This document shows positions 22,863 to 33,205 of a stretch of 64,000 nucleotides of DNA, in pieces. This stretch comes from an uncultured delta proteobacterium (GTDB taxonomy: Bacteria > Myxococcota > Myxococcia > Myxococcales > Myxococcaceae), in contig CAWCKH010000004.1 in the NCBI GenBank assembly GCA_963796055.1, positions 1,312,001 through 1,376,000 on the forward strand. Direction: 5' to 3'. The translations under genes were made by a program, and so were the position numbers. How positions within the stretch are numbered: position 1 is the first letter of the stretch; the number at the start of each line of letters is the position of its first letter. Below the pieces are notes generated by a model. That model was given only the letters and a program-made list of their open reading frames with translations, did not search any database and was not told where the DNA came from.

Positions 22863-24967
22863 ATCCGGTCATCACCAGCCTCCTGGTCTTCGTCGGGCTC
22901 ACCCTCTTCACGTACATCATGTACGGCCGTGCCTCGGCTCTTCTGGCGATGAAGAAGGAGGGCCGGCTCGACCGGCTGGGTGCGCGCACCGGGGCGCTGA
23001 TCCGCTTCGGGCTCGGGCAGAAGCGGATGGTGGACCCCGAGGAGCGGACGCCGGGCCTCGCCCACGTCCTCATCTTCGCGGCGTTCATCGTCCTGGCGAT
23101 CCGGACCTTGATGCTGTTCTCCATGGGTTTCTCGGGGACGCTGCTGGAGGTCCTCTCCACCCCCACCGATCCCTTCTGGACCACCCACCCGGACGCCGCC
23201 ACCGTCTTCGACGCTTACCTGCTGGTGAAGGACCTGGTCGCCCTCGGGGCGCTGGTGGGCGTGGGCTACTTCTTCTGGCTGCGGGCGAAGGTGAAGCCGG
23301 ACCGGCTGACCCCCTCCTGGGAGGCGTACCTCATCCTGGGCTTCATCGCCGGGCTGATGGTGAGCGAGTACGTCTTCGGCGCATCGCACCTCGTGCTGCA
23401 GCAGCACGGCTTCACCCGCTGGGAGCCGGTGACCTCGGTGGTGGCGATGGTCCTCTCGCCGCTCCCGACGGTGGTGGTCTGGGCGCTCGGCGGGGCGATG
23501 TTCTGGACGCACCTGACCATCATCCTCGCCTTCCTGAACTTCCTCCCGCTGGGGAAGCACTTCCACGTCATCACCGCCCTGCCGAACGTGTTCTTCCAGA
23601 ACCTGGACGGGAGCAAGGCGCTGCCCACCCCGAACCTCGAGGCCGAGCAGTTCGGCGCCCGGACCGTCCGTGACCTCACCTGGAAGCAGGGGCTCGACCT
23701 CTACAGCTGCACCGAATGCGGCCGCTGCCAGACCCACTGCCCCACGTACATCACCGGGAAGCCGCTCACCCACAAGGGCGTGAACCAGGACCTCAAGCAC
23801 TGGATCTGGGAACACCAAGAGCAAGTGGCGCACACCCACCGGGCGCCCGGTAGCGACGCCGAGCTGCCGGCGATGATCGGCAGCGCGCTCAAGGCGGAGA
23901 CGGTGTGGGCCTGTACGACGTGTGGCTGGTGCGAGCGCGCCTGCCCGGTGTTCATCGAGAACGTGCCCCGGCTCATCGACATGCGCCGGTACCAGGTGCA
24001 GGTGGAGGCGGACTTCCCCCCGGAGATCCAGCGGGTCTTCGAGGGGATGGAGCGGCAGGGGAACCCCTGGGGCGTGGGGCAGGACCGGCGCGACGAGTGG
24101 GCGGAGGACCTGGCGCTCCCGGTCTGGGATGGCCCGGGGAAGTACGAGTACCTCTTCTTCGTCGGCTGCGCCGGCAGCTACGACGACCGGCAGAAGAAGG
24201 TCAGCCGGGCGCTGGTCCGCATCCTCCGCGAGGCCAGGGTCTCCTTCGCCACCTTGGGCAAGCAGGAGATGTGCAACGGCGACTCGGCGCGGCGGCTGGG
24301 GAACGAGTACCTCTACCAGACGCTGGCCAAGACCAACGTCGAGGCGTTCAACGGGCTGGGGGTGAAGGCGGTCATCACCCAGTGCCCGCACTGCTTCAAC
24401 ACCCTCAAGAACGAGTATCCAGCCTTCGGCGGGGACTACCGGGTCATCAACCACACCGAGCTGATCAGCGAGCTCATCCGTGACAAGCGGATCAAGCTGT
24501 CACGGGTGATGGACACCCGGCTGACCTACCACGACCCCTGCTACCTGGGACGGCACAACGGGGTCTACGACGCTCCCCGGCAGGCGCTGGCGGCGATCCC
24601 CGGGCTTCAAGTGGTGGAGATGCAGCGGAGCCAGCGGCAGTCGTTCTGCTGCGGCGCGGGCGGCGGGCGGATGTGGATGGAGGAGCACATCGGCACGCGC
24701 ATCAACCACAACCGGATCAACGAGGTGGCGCTGACGCTGGCTCACGCCAAGGATCCGTCGATTCCGTATCCCTCGGCCACGGACAAGCACCGGCCGGGCC
24801 TGGTGGGCGACTACACCGGGCCGGGAGAGGGAACGGTGGCGGTGGCCTGCCCGTTCTGCAGCACCATGCTCCGCGACGCGGCCAACGACACCGGCCGCGA
24901 GAGCCTGGTGGTGAAGGACGTGGCCGAGCTGGTCGCCGAGGCGATGGACGGAGCGGCGGCCAGATGA
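22859..24967 (+). CDS. Membrane Fe-S oxidoreductase (FadF/HdrD-like, CCG domains)
   Basis: TM region, two CxxCxxCxxxCP motifs, CPHC, YHDPC, CCGAGGG, CPFC. Confidence 0.93.
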   Translation: MNPVITSLLVFVGLTLFTYIMYGRASALLAMKKEGRLDRLGARTGALIRFGLGQKRMVDPEERTPGLAHVLIFAAFIVLAIRTLMLFSMGFSGTLLEVLSTPTDPFWTTHPDAATVFDAYLLVKDLVALGALVGVGYFFWLRAKVKPDRLTPSWEAYLILGFIAGLMVSEYVFGASHLVLQQHGFTRWEPVTSVVAMVLSPLPTVVVWALGGAMFWTHLTIILAFLNFLPLGKHFHVITALPNVFFQNLDGSKALPTPNLEAEQFGARTVRDLTWKQGLDLYSCTECGRCQTHCPTYITGKPLTHKGVNQDLKHWIWEHQEQVAHTHRAPGSDAELPAMIGSALKAETVWACTTCGWCERACPVFIENVPRLIDMRRYQVQVEADFPPEIQRVFEGMERQGNPWGVGQDRRDEWAEDLALPVWDGPGKYEYLFFVGCAGSYDDRQKKVSRALVRILREARVSFATLGKQEMCNGDSARRLGNEYLYQTLAKTNVEAFNGLGVKAVITQCPHCFNTLKNEYPAFGGDYRVINHTELISELIRDKRIKLSRVMDTRLTYHDPCYLGRHNGVYDAPRQALAAIPGLQVVEMQRSQRQSFCCGAGGGRMWMEEHIGTRINHNRINEVALTLAHAKDPSIPYPSATDKHRPGLVGDYTGPGEGTVAVACPFCSTMLRDAANDTGRESLVVKDVAELVAEAMDGAAAR

Positions 24968-25102
24968 GCGGACACTAGGTGGAGGGCTCGCCTGGAGCCA
25001 CGCTCGCCAAGGAGGGAGCTTCTCCGCGCGCTCACTCGAGGCGGGTGGCGCCGGCTGACTGCGAGCCCCAGCTTTTCATCGTTTCGAACAGGAGGTGCTC
25101 CC

Positions 25103-25528
25103 ATGCGATGCGAAGAGATCATGAAGCGCGAGCCGGCCTGCATTTCACCGTCCGTTTCAGCGGGGGAGGCCGCGCGGCGCATGCGCAACGACAACATCGG
25201 CTTCCTGCCGGTGTGCGAGGCGGACAAGCGGGTGCTTGGAACGCTCACCGATCGGGACATCGCCATTCGACTGGTGGCGGAGAACAAGTCCGCCGACACC
25301 CCGGTCGAGGAGATCATGACCAGGGAGGTCATCGCCGCCCGTCCGAGTGACGACATCCTCCAGGCGGAGCAGCTGATGGCCAAGCATCACAAGTCGCGAA
25401 TGCTCTGCATCGATGAGCAGGAGCGGCTGGTGGGCGTGATCAGCCTCTCGGACATCGCCCACCACGAAAGCGGAACGAGGTCCGCGGACACCCTTCGCGA
25501 GATCACCACGCGCGAAGTCAGAGCCTAG
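25103..25528 (+). CDS. CBS domain protein
   Basis: IGFLPV, GTLTDRDI, GVISLSDI; GGAGG RBS. Confidence 0.92.
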   Translation: MRCEEIMKREPACISPSVSAGEAARRMRNDNIGFLPVCEADKRVLGTLTDRDIAIRLVAENKSADTPVEEIMTREVIAARPSDDILQAEQLMAKHHKSRMLCIDEQERLVGVISLSDIAHHESGTRSADTLREITTREVRA

Positions 25529-25537
25529 GAGCCAACG

Positions 25538-25819
25538 ATGGCACTCGCGATCTGTGAGACGTGTGGAAACGAGTACGACAAGACGTTCCAGGTGATCATG
25601 GACGGGACGAGTCATACCTTTGACAGCTTCGAGTGCGCGCTGTCACTCGCCCCTCGCTGCGCCCACTGCGATTGCCGGATTCTCGGGCACGGCCTGGAGG
25701 AAGGAGACGAGATCTTCTGCTGTGCGCACTGCGCCCGGGAGTCAGGGATCGTTGATCTTCAAGATCGCGCGCCGTCGAGTACGGATGCGGCCGCTGGAGT
25801 CGCATCCCTTGAACGCTGA
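25538..25819 (+). CDS. Small Cys-rich metal-binding protein (metallothionein/TRASH-like)
   Basis: CETCGN.YDK, FDSFEC, CAHCDC, FCCAHCA; AGGAG RBS. Confidence 0.85.
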   Translation: MALAICETCGNEYDKTFQVIMDGTSHTFDSFECALSLAPRCAHCDCRILGHGLEEGDEIFCCAHCARESGIVDLQDRAPSSTDAAAGVASLER

Positions 25820-25859
25820 ACGCGCCCGGTGACCGAGAGGGAGCGCGACGACGCGCTGC

Positions 25860-26894
25860 TCACCCGAGCACCAGCGTCGAATCTCCGAACTCGTGGCCGC
25901 GGTACCCACCGGCCGCGGCGTGCAACGCGTAGAGGACGTCGAGCGCACCAGGGAGGAACGCGGCCAGCAGCTCGAAGTGACTCGAGTCCCTGGCGTGGAT
26001 GCCGGACAGGAGCCCGCTCACCACTCGCGGCACGAATCCCCGGACGATCCGGAGATCGGTGACCCCGTCGCCGGGGAGCAGCTCCCCCCCGCGCGCGTGC
26101 GCAGAGCCCTCGAGCGCCCGGACGACGGTGGTCCCCACCGCCACCACCCGTCCATCTCGCCGCCGTGTCTCGGCAATCGCGGCCACGGTGGCCGGCGGGA
26201 TGTCGTAGCGCTCCGGCAGCGGCAGGGCCGCGTCCAGTCGCGGGTCGCCGGTGGACGAGAGGCCCGCGGCATGGGTGAGCCAGGCGAGCCCGACACCCCG
26301 CGCGCGGATCCCCGCGAGGAGCTGAAGCCGCAACGGCCGCCCCGCCGACGGCATCTCCGAGGCCCAGGGCCGGGCGGCGTAAGGCGTCTGGACGCGTGAC
26401 AGCGGAAGCGGCTGCGGCTCGTAGGCGTACTGGATGGGCCGGCCAAGGACGTACAGCGCGGACCAAATCTGGTCGGGGGAGCGCTCGAACCGCACCCAGA
26501 GCAGCCGGCCGGAGATCTCCGAGCGCGCGGTCACCCGTGCCCGGAGTCCTGGCCCCAGGCGCAGTGTGTCTCCGGGAACCAGAGCCGGTGGCGGAGGTCG
26601 TGACTCGGTGGGAGTCCGCCAGTCCCCGGCCCCGAACAGGACCACCCGCCACGTCCCATCGCGCTCCTCTCCGGCGAGGCGGATCTCCACCAGTTCGCCG
26701 TCACCCGTGCTCCCGGTCAGCGAGGCCGGGAGAGTCGCCGCGTCGTTCAACACCAGGAGGTCTCCGGGCAGCAGCAGCTCGGGCAGCGCGTCGACGGAGC
26801 GATCGACCAGCGTGCCAAGCACCGGATCCACGTGAAGGAGACGTTCTGGCGTCGCCACCGACCGGGCTGCCGACTCGTCGACCGCGTGTCTCAC
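25860..26894 (-). CDS. QueA-like protein (SAM:tRNA ribosyltransferase-isomerase paralogue)
   Basis: GDLLVLND, EMPSAG, VAVGTTVVRALE, SSH..LL, Y..HEFGD. Confidence 0.88.
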   Translation of the reverse strand: MRHAVDESAARSVATPERLLHVDPVLGTLVDRSVDALPELLLPGDLLVLNDAATLPASLTGSTGDGELVEIRLAGEERDGTWRVVLFGAGDWRTPTESRPPPPALVPGDTLRLGPGLRARVTARSEISGRLLWVRFERSPDQIWSALYVLGRPIQYAYEPQPLPLSRVQTPYAARPWASEMPSAGRPLRLQLLAGIRARGVGLAWLTHAAGLSSTGDPRLDAALPLPERYDIPPATVAAIAETRRRDGRVVAVGTTVVRALEGSAHARGGELLPGDGVTDLRIVRGFVPRVVSGLLSGIHARDSSHFELLAAFLPGALDVLYALHAAAGGYRGHEFGDSTLVLG

Positions 26895-27568
26895 GGGGTC
26901 GCCCGCAGCAGCTCGAGGACCCGTGCTGCCGCCTGCTCGGGCCGGGTGAGGGTGGATGGGTCCGCCTCGGGCATCGCCTGGCGATGCATCCGGGTGTCCA
27001 TCTCTCCCGGGTCCACGGTGAGGAACCGCACGCCCGTGCCGGACAGCTCCGCCTGCCAGATGCGACCCAGGTGCTCCAGGCCCGCCTTGGACACGCCGTA
27101 AGCACCCCAGCCAGGGTACGGCGTGGCGGCCGCGTCCGAGCTGACCAGCACCACCGTCCCGCGGCCCCGCAGCACCATGGATCCGACCAGGGCCCGGGTG
27201 AGGCGGAACGGGGCGAGGAGGTTGGTCGCCAGCGCCTCCTCGAAGGCGGCATCCGACGTGTCCGCCAGCGGGGCGAGCGGGATCGGGCCGAGGCTCCCTG
27301 CGTTGTGGATGACCACCTCGGCCGGACCGACCAGCGCCCCGCAGGTTCCGGCGAGCCTCGCGGCGCTGTCCGGGGCCGCGACGTCGCCGACCACCGGGTG
27401 CGCCTCTCCCCCGTGGCGGCGAATCCGCTCCGCGACGCTCTGCAGCGCCTCGCGGTCCCGCGCCACCAGGACCAGGCGGGCTCCGGCACGCCCGAGCTTC
27501 TCCGCCAGCGCCTCCCCGAGGCCCCGGCTCGCCCCGGTGACGATCACTGCTGCTCCCTGAAGATCCAT
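26891..27568 (-). CDS. Short-chain dehydrogenase/reductase
   Basis: TGASRGLG, HNAG, SSDAA, YGVSK, DPGEMDT. Confidence 0.93.
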   Translation of the reverse strand: MDLQGAAVIVTGASRGLGEALAEKLGRAGARLVLVARDREALQSVAERIRRHGGEAHPVVGDVAAPDSAARLAGTCGALVGPAEVVIHNAGSLGPIPLAPLADTSDAAFEEALATNLLAPFRLTRALVGSMVLRGRGTVVLVSSDAAATPYPGWGAYGVSKAGLEHLGRIWQAELSGTGVRFLTVDPGEMDTRMHRQAMPEADPSTLTRPEQAAARVLELLRATP

Positions 27569-27636
27569 GCGTAGGGATAGTCGGGCCGCTCCAAGGAATT
27601 GACGCCAGCGCCAGTCCTTTGGCAGAAGGTCACTCG

Positions 27637-28206
27637 ATGGGCACCTCCCCCGACGACGCGGCCACTCGGCTCGGCGAGAACGTCCGGCAGCTCCGGCTCC
27701 TTCGCTCGCTGACCCAGCAGCAGATCTCCCGGCTGGCCGGCGTCCCCCGGGCCACCTGGGCCAATCTCGAGTCCGGAGCAGCCAATCCCACCCTCTCGGT
27801 CCTGCAGCGGGTGGCGATGGTGTTCCAGGTCTCGATCGAGGAGCTGCTCGCCTTGCCCAGGGCCGGAGCCCGGCACTACCCGAAGGGAGCGTTGCCCACA
27901 CGCTCCCGTGGCCCGGTGGAGCTGCGGTCACTGCTGCCCGATCCCATCCCCGGGATGATCATCGAGAGGATGGAGCTCCCGGCAGGTGCCTCGATCACCG
28001 GAGTGCCCCACACGCCCGGTACGCGCGAGTACCTCACCTGCGAGCGGGGGAGGCTCCGGCTCGCGGCCAGCGGCCAACGCTGGGAGCTGGAACCCGGAGA
28101 CGTGGTGGTCTTCCGGGGCGACCAGCGCCACGCCTACTCGAACCCAGGTCAAACGGCCGCCGTGGGGTACAGTGTCGTGGTCCTCGCCCCGGCAGTGGCG
28201 TCCTGA
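27637..28206 (+). CDS. XRE-family regulator with cupin domain
   Basis: HTH (LESG.ANPTL) plus cupin (PHTPGTREY, FRGDQRH.Y.N). Confidence 0.92.
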   Translation: MGTSPDDAATRLGENVRQLRLLRSLTQQQISRLAGVPRATWANLESGAANPTLSVLQRVAMVFQVSIEELLALPRAGARHYPKGALPTRSRGPVELRSLLPDPIPGMIIERMELPAGASITGVPHTPGTREYLTCERGRLRLAASGQRWELEPGDVVVFRGDQRHAYSNPGQTAAVGYSVVVLAPAVAS

Positions 28207-28242
28207 GAGGCCAGGCCGCTGCGGCTCGGTTAATCAGCAGAG

Positions 28243-29226
28243 ATGATCGAGCCCCTTTACCGGGAGCACGGGTCGACCATCCGCGCCCTCGCCTACCGGA
28301 TGACCGGCAGCGCCGCCGACGCGGACGAGATCGTCCAGGAGGCATTCACCCGGGCGATTGCCTCTCCCCCGGTCAATGGGGTCAACCGGAACTGGTTGCT
28401 GGCGGTCGCAGCGAACCTGTCGCGCGACCAGCTGCGCCGGCGCAAGCGCGCGGCCTACGTCGGACCGTGGCTGCCCTCGGCGGTGGAGGTCGAGGACACC
28501 CCCGAGACCGCCGACCCGGAACGGCGCTACGGACTCCGGGAGAGCGCCTCGTTCGCCTTCCTGCTCGCCCTCGAGCCCCTCACCTCGAGACAGCGGGCGG
28601 TGCTCCTGCTGCGGGATGTGTTCGACCTGTCGGTGGAGGAGACCGCCGAGGCGCTGAGCATGGGTGAGGGGGCGGTGCGGGTGATGCACCATCGTGCCCG
28701 CCTCGCGCTCGAGGACTACGACGAGCACCGGAGCATGCCAACCCCCGAGCGGCTGGGCCTGGTGCAGGGTGCGCTCGAGCGACTGGCCTCCGCGGTGGCC
28801 ACGGGAGATCCCACCCGGGTCGAGGCCGTCCTCGCGGAGCACGCCACGCTCTATGCCGACGGGGCTGGCCGATTCGCGGCCGTTCGCCGGGTCATCCGGG
28901 GTGCGGCATCGCTCGCCCGCTTGGCGCTCTTTGGCCAGCAGCGGCGCGCCGGAGTCCCCAGCCGCCAGTCGCTCTGGTCCAACGTCAACGGAGGCCCGGC
29001 GCTGGTGGTCGATGCCGATCCTCCTCCGGGAGTGGACGTCGCTCCGCGGGTGGTCCTGAGCTGCGACACCGACGAGCGGGGTCGCATCACCCGGCTCTAC
29101 GTGATCGCCGCGCCCGCCAAGCTCACCCATCTGCCGGCCTCAGAACGGTTTGGCCTCCATCAGGTACACAACGACCCCCAGAGCCAGGGTGATCGCCCAG
29201 GCCAGCGGCCGCACGGCACCGCGTGA
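28243..29226 (+). CDS. ECF sigma factor, SigJ/ECF41-like with SnoaL-like extension
   Basis: AYRMTGS.ADADEIVQEA, YVGPWLP, LLRDVFD, ADG.G, VNG.PA. Confidence 0.9.
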   Translation: MIEPLYREHGSTIRALAYRMTGSAADADEIVQEAFTRAIASPPVNGVNRNWLLAVAANLSRDQLRRRKRAAYVGPWLPSAVEVEDTPETADPERRYGLRESASFAFLLALEPLTSRQRAVLLLRDVFDLSVEETAEALSMGEGAVRVMHHRARLALEDYDEHRSMPTPERLGLVQGALERLASAVATGDPTRVEAVLAEHATLYADGAGRFAAVRRVIRGAASLARLALFGQQRRAGVPSRQSLWSNVNGGPALVVDADPPPGVDVAPRVVLSCDTDERGRITRLYVIAAPAKLTHLPASERFGLHQVHNDPQSQGDRPGQRPHGTA

Positions 29227-29517
29227 CCCGGGGTTCCGGAGCGCGCCGCGCAGCCGGCCGGTCAGCGCCCCGATGACCAGGAAGAGCAGGACCGAGAGCC
29301 GAACCCACCAGAGCTCGCCCAGCGCGCCACGGGTCAGCGCGATGGCGCCGACTCCGGTGACCAGAACGACCACCAGCCCGAGGCCCGCGATCCGCACCAG
29401 TCGCTGTGAGGCGGGAGCGGAGACACCATCGGCGACCAGCGCGAGAACCAGCACCGGTCCGGCGAAGGCCACGACGCTCAGCACGTGAAGAACCACCAGC
29501 CATGAGTACGGATTCAT
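29140..29517 (-). CDS. Four-TM membrane protein (DUF2269-like)
   Basis: LHVL near the N-terminus and YLMEAKPF at the C-terminus. Confidence 0.75.
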   Translation of the reverse strand: MNPYSWLVVLHVLSVVAFAGPVLVLALVADGVSAPASQRLVRIAGLGLVVVLVTGVGAIALTRGALGELWWVRLSVLLFLVIGALTGRLRGALRNPGSRGAVRPLAWAITLALGVVVYLMEAKPF

Positions 29518-29527
29518 CGACGTCCTT

Positions 29528-30172
29528 TCACCAGGCCACCTCCACCCACTTGCGGAAGGTCGCGCGGTCATCGAGCTGATCGAGTACGGCGCGCGCCAGG
29601 TCGGCGCGGCTCAACCGGAATGGCGAACGGAGGTGCTCGGCGATCGCCCGGCGATACCGGCCACGCGGTGGCAGGTGGTTCAGGGCCGGGGGGCGGAGCA
29701 CCGTCCATTCGAGATCGACCGGAGCGAGCTCCGCCTCGAATCTCGCCCCGTCTCGCCAGCCGTGCCTCAGGAACCAGCCCACCACGTTCCTGGCAAGGAA
29801 GCCGATGACCGGAGGCATCCGGAAGTCCTTGCTGGTCCCGAGCGCGGTGACCGCCACCAGCCTCCGGACTCCTGCGGCGAGCATCCCCGCCACGACGTTT
29901 CTTCCGCCCTCGGAGTAGACCGTGGTCGGTTCCAGCCGCCGGGGCCCGGTGAGCGAGATGACCGCATCGCACCCGGCGATCGCCCGGGCGGTCGCACCCG
30001 GGTCGAGGACGTCCCCCTGGACCACCTCGAGACGCTCGTGCTGGAGCGTGATCGAGGAAGGATCTCTGGCCACCGCGCGCACCTGGAAGCCGCGCGCCAA
30101 CAGCAGCGGCAATAGATGCACGCCGGTGCCGCCGCTCCCGCCAAAGATGCCCAGCCTTCTGTTCTCGCCCAT
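29528..30172 (-). CDS. NAD(P)H-binding oxidoreductase (flavin reductase/NmrA-like)
   Basis: GGSGGTG, GDVLD, WTVLRP, SRADLA. Confidence 0.9.
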   Translation of the reverse strand: MGENRRLGIFGGSGGTGVHLLPLLLARGFQVRAVARDPSSITLQHERLEVVQGDVLDPGATARAIAGCDAVISLTGPRRLEPTTVYSEGGRNVVAGMLAAGVRRLVAVTALGTSKDFRMPPVIGFLARNVVGWFLRHGWRDGARFEAELAPVDLEWTVLRPPALNHLPPRGRYRRAIAEHLRSPFRLSRADLARAVLDQLDDRATFRKWVEVAW

Positions 30173-30182
30173 GTCCAATGAC

Positions 30183-30480
30183 TCAACGCCGGGGGCGCCG
30201 ATGCGTTACGCGGCCGTTCCGGAACACGGCCCGGGTGAGCTGGGTCAGGCCCGCCTTGGCGGCGCTGTAGGCGGCGAGCCCGGCCACCGCGACGGTGGAG
30301 GCGATCGAGGTGATGTTGATGATCGACCCCCCGGAATGCATCGTCCTGCTGGCGAGCCGCGCGCAGAGAAAGGCTCCGGTGAGGTTGACGTCCAGCACCT
30401 GCCGCCAGTGATCGAGCGTGACCTCCCCGACCGGCCCCCGTCACCACGGCGACCAGGCCGTCGAGGCGAAAGCCGACCAG
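30183..30480 (-). pseudogene. SDR remnant with internal deletion and frameshifts
   Basis: FRLDGLVAVVTGAGRG in one frame abuts EVTLDHWRQVLDVNLTGAF...YSAAK in another; the NNAG region and C-terminus are absent. Confidence 0.8.
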
Positions 30481-30581
30481 CGTCGTGTCGCCATCCCGTC
30501 CCACGGCCGCGGTGATAGCGCCGGGGCGGAGCACAGCCTTCACCTTCGCCCGACGATCACAGTCTCGAGGACAGAGCGCCT

Positions 30582-30981
30582 TCAGTCGGGTGCGATTCTG
30601 TGTCCCCTGCGCCGAGACCATGCGCCACCTTCCCCGCTGCTCGACGAAGACGTGGGTGTACCGGCTTCGAGCCGACCAGGGCTGGTCTCCGGCCCGCCCT
30701 CCCATCCGCGTCCGGCCGGTGACCACCGCCACCGGCCCGTAGCGTCGAACGCGCGACTCGAGGACGTCGACCACGTCGAAGGTGATCAGCCCGGTCCGGA
30801 CCGCGTCGATGAGCGCCGCCCGGGCGATCTCCCCTCCCTGGAGGACGTCGATGAGGAGGAAGTCGTCGGCCAGCAGCTGGCCGAGCACGACCGTGTCCGC
30901 GGTGCGGAGCGCATGGAAGAACCTCTGGTCCACCGCGAGCGGTCCTTCGGGCGTCGGGGTATGCATCTCGGTGCTATTCAT
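30582..30981 (-). CDS. NTF2-like (DUF4440) protein, apparent frameshift near the 3' end
   Basis: LLADDF, VRRYG.VAVVTG, SRYTHVFV...WRMVSAQGT; the nearest TGA (30582) is one base out of frame. Confidence 0.75.
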
Positions 30982-31254
30982 GTGCCTCGAGGGGTGAGAG
31001 CCGCTGCCGACTGGACACCGTTCCTGGGAACGCGTTGCACCCGACAGCGGTCGGGTGCTCCACGCAGTTGGGTCGTCGCCTGTCGTCGATGCACCGGTCA
31101 CCGACTCGTCGGTGCGCCACGGCCCTTCGCTGACGCCCTCGGAGCCAGTCCGCGTCCTCGCCGGCGCCATGTGGCCCGAGGTCGGAGAGCGCCCACAGGT
31201 CCCGCCCCTCGCCGGCGCCTGGTACCCTCGGCGGCTGCGAGCGCGGCCTGCTTC

Positions 31255-32655
31255 ATGACGCTTCCCCGAGACGCCGAAACCCCCGGCTCCGACACGCCCG
31301 GCTCCGATCCCGGTGCGCGTGGGCCCGCACTGCGCACGGAGAACCTGGCCATCGTCTTCACCGACATCGTCGGCTACACCGCGCGCACGTCGCGCCAGAC
31401 ACGTGAGGAGAACGCCCGGCTCCTCGCCGAGCACGACCGCCTCCTGCTGCCGATCGTCCGCGCTTTTGGCGGGCGCCGGGTGAAGTCCATCGGGGATGCG
31501 TTGCTGCTCACCTTCCGCTCACCCACCGACTCGGTCCTCTGCGGCATGGCCATGCAGGACCGACTGGCGCGGCACGCGGCCGAGCATCCTGACTCCGAGC
31601 AGCTGGTGATCCGGGTCGCCATCAACCTCGGCGAGGTACGCATCGAGCGCGGCGACGTGTTCGGCGAGCCGGTCAACGTCGCCGCCCGCCTCGAGCACGA
31701 GACCCCTCCCGGAGAGGTCTGGCTCACCGACGCGGTACAACTCTCGATGAACCGGGCCGAGGTCGAGCTCGAGCTGGTGGGCACGCGCGAGCTCCGTGGC
31801 GTCTCCCAGCCGATGCGCATCCACCGGGTCCACCGGCGCACGGGGCCCCTCCCCTACGGGGGCGCCGCGCTGGCCCGGGCCGAGAGCAGCACCGGGCTGC
31901 TCGACCGCGTGCTCGAAGGAGGCGCCATGCTCCAGCCGGTGCTGCGGGGCGCAGGCGGATGGCTGACCACCGCCCGGACCACGCTGGGCAAGCGGCGCGA
32001 GATCCGGCGGGGACTCGCGGCGCTGGGCGTGGCACTCGTGCTCGTGGCCGGGCTGGTGGGCTTCCGTGCCTCGCGGCCACTCGTCCGGGCGGAGCGGGCC
32101 CTGGCGCGCGGCGACCACGAGGCGGCCCTGGCCTTGCTCAGGCCGCTCGACCGGACCGCCGAGGTCCTGGTGCTGCGCGGATGGGCCCAGGCGCTCGCCC
32201 ATCGGTCCGGCGAGGCGCTTGCCTCGTGGGAAGACGCGTCCAGGCTCGACCCCGGTGCGCTCGGCCCGGTCCTCCCGCTGATCGCCGACGAGCTGGGCGG
32301 TTCACGCGCGCAGTCGGCGGGAGATCTGCTGGCGCGCGCCGGAAGCCCGGGCCGCGGGACGCTGCTCGAGGCGACCCGGTCGGACACGTACCGGAAGCGG
32401 TGGGCGGCGGTCGAGGCGCTCCGGCGGGCACACGCGGACGAAGGGGTCGACATGCGCGAGGTGTACCTGGCGGACCTCCGGGTCCGGGACTGCGACGTGG
32501 TGGTGCGCGCAGCGGGCAAGCTGGCCGACCTCGGCGAGTCACGCGCGGTCGAGCCGTTGCGCGAGATCGCCCAGCGCAAGGCAGTGCTCGGGCTGACCGA
32601 CGCCTGCGAGGCGCCGGCTGCGCGGGTGGCGCTCAGGAAGCTCGAGAAGCACTGA
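31255..32655 (+). CDS. Class III adenylate cyclase with TM helix and TPR/HEAT-like C-terminus
   Basis: FTDIVGYT, KSIGDA, DVFGEPVNVAARL. Confidence 0.9.
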   Translation: MTLPRDAETPGSDTPGSDPGARGPALRTENLAIVFTDIVGYTARTSRQTREENARLLAEHDRLLLPIVRAFGGRRVKSIGDALLLTFRSPTDSVLCGMAMQDRLARHAAEHPDSEQLVIRVAINLGEVRIERGDVFGEPVNVAARLEHETPPGEVWLTDAVQLSMNRAEVELELVGTRELRGVSQPMRIHRVHRRTGPLPYGGAALARAESSTGLLDRVLEGGAMLQPVLRGAGGWLTTARTTLGKRREIRRGLAALGVALVLVAGLVGFRASRPLVRAERALARGDHEAALALLRPLDRTAEVLVLRGWAQALAHRSGEALASWEDASRLDPGALGPVLPLIADELGGSRAQSAGDLLARAGSPGRGTLLEATRSDTYRKRWAAVEALRRAHADEGVDMREVYLADLRVRDCDVVVRAAGKLADLGESRAVEPLREIAQRKAVLGLTDACEAPAARVALRKLEKH

Positions 32656-32682
32656 ACCCCGGAACACCGGAGGGCTGCCCGC

Positions 32683-33099
32683 TCAGCCCGGAGCGCTGGC
32701 CGGCTCCTCGGTGAGCTCCTGCATCGTGCGCCAGAATGCCACCCAGCCCTCGGCCCGGCGCTCCAGCGCCCACAGCTCGACACCGTGGGCCCGCCAGTCA
32801 CGGCCGCCACGCGAATAGGTCATGTCGAACGCCACCTCGGCCAGCGCTGCCGTCGAGCCGCCTTCCACGCTGCGGCGGTCCTCGCGGTACGAGCGCAGCC
32901 GCGCGCCGGCGGTGAACTCGCGGTAGCTCTCGACCAGCCGCTCGCGCCCGGTCAGTCGCATGCTGAAACCGGGGAAGACGAAGGTGATGTCCGGCGCGAG
33001 CAGCGGGGTCATGTCCTCCAGCGGTCCGTCGCGCCAGGCGCGCTGGATCCGGTCGAGAACCCGGAGCACTGCGACCTCGGTCTCCGCTGGAGCGGGCAT
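32683..33099 (-). CDS. NTF2-like/SnoaL protein
   Basis: LLAPDITFVFPG, GVELWALER...WVAFWRT. Confidence 0.78.
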   Translation of the reverse strand: MPAPAETEVAVLRVLDRIQRAWRDGPLEDMTPLLAPDITFVFPGFSMRLTGRERLVESYREFTAGARLRSYREDRRSVEGGSTAALAEVAFDMTYSRGGRDWRAHGVELWALERRAEGWVAFWRTMQELTEEPASAPG

Positions 33100-33205
33100 G
33101 GAGGCCGCGCACCGTACAGCGGAGCCTCGGCGCCTTCCAGCGCCGCCGAGGGCGGGTTCCAGGCACCGCAGGCGCAACCCGAGAAGGGTCAGGAGATTCC
33201 TGCTT

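Noticed and set aside
29767..31434. 555-aa fusion protein
   Set aside because: It is a read-through of the frameshifted NTF2 gene into the SDR remnant and out-of-frame sequence.
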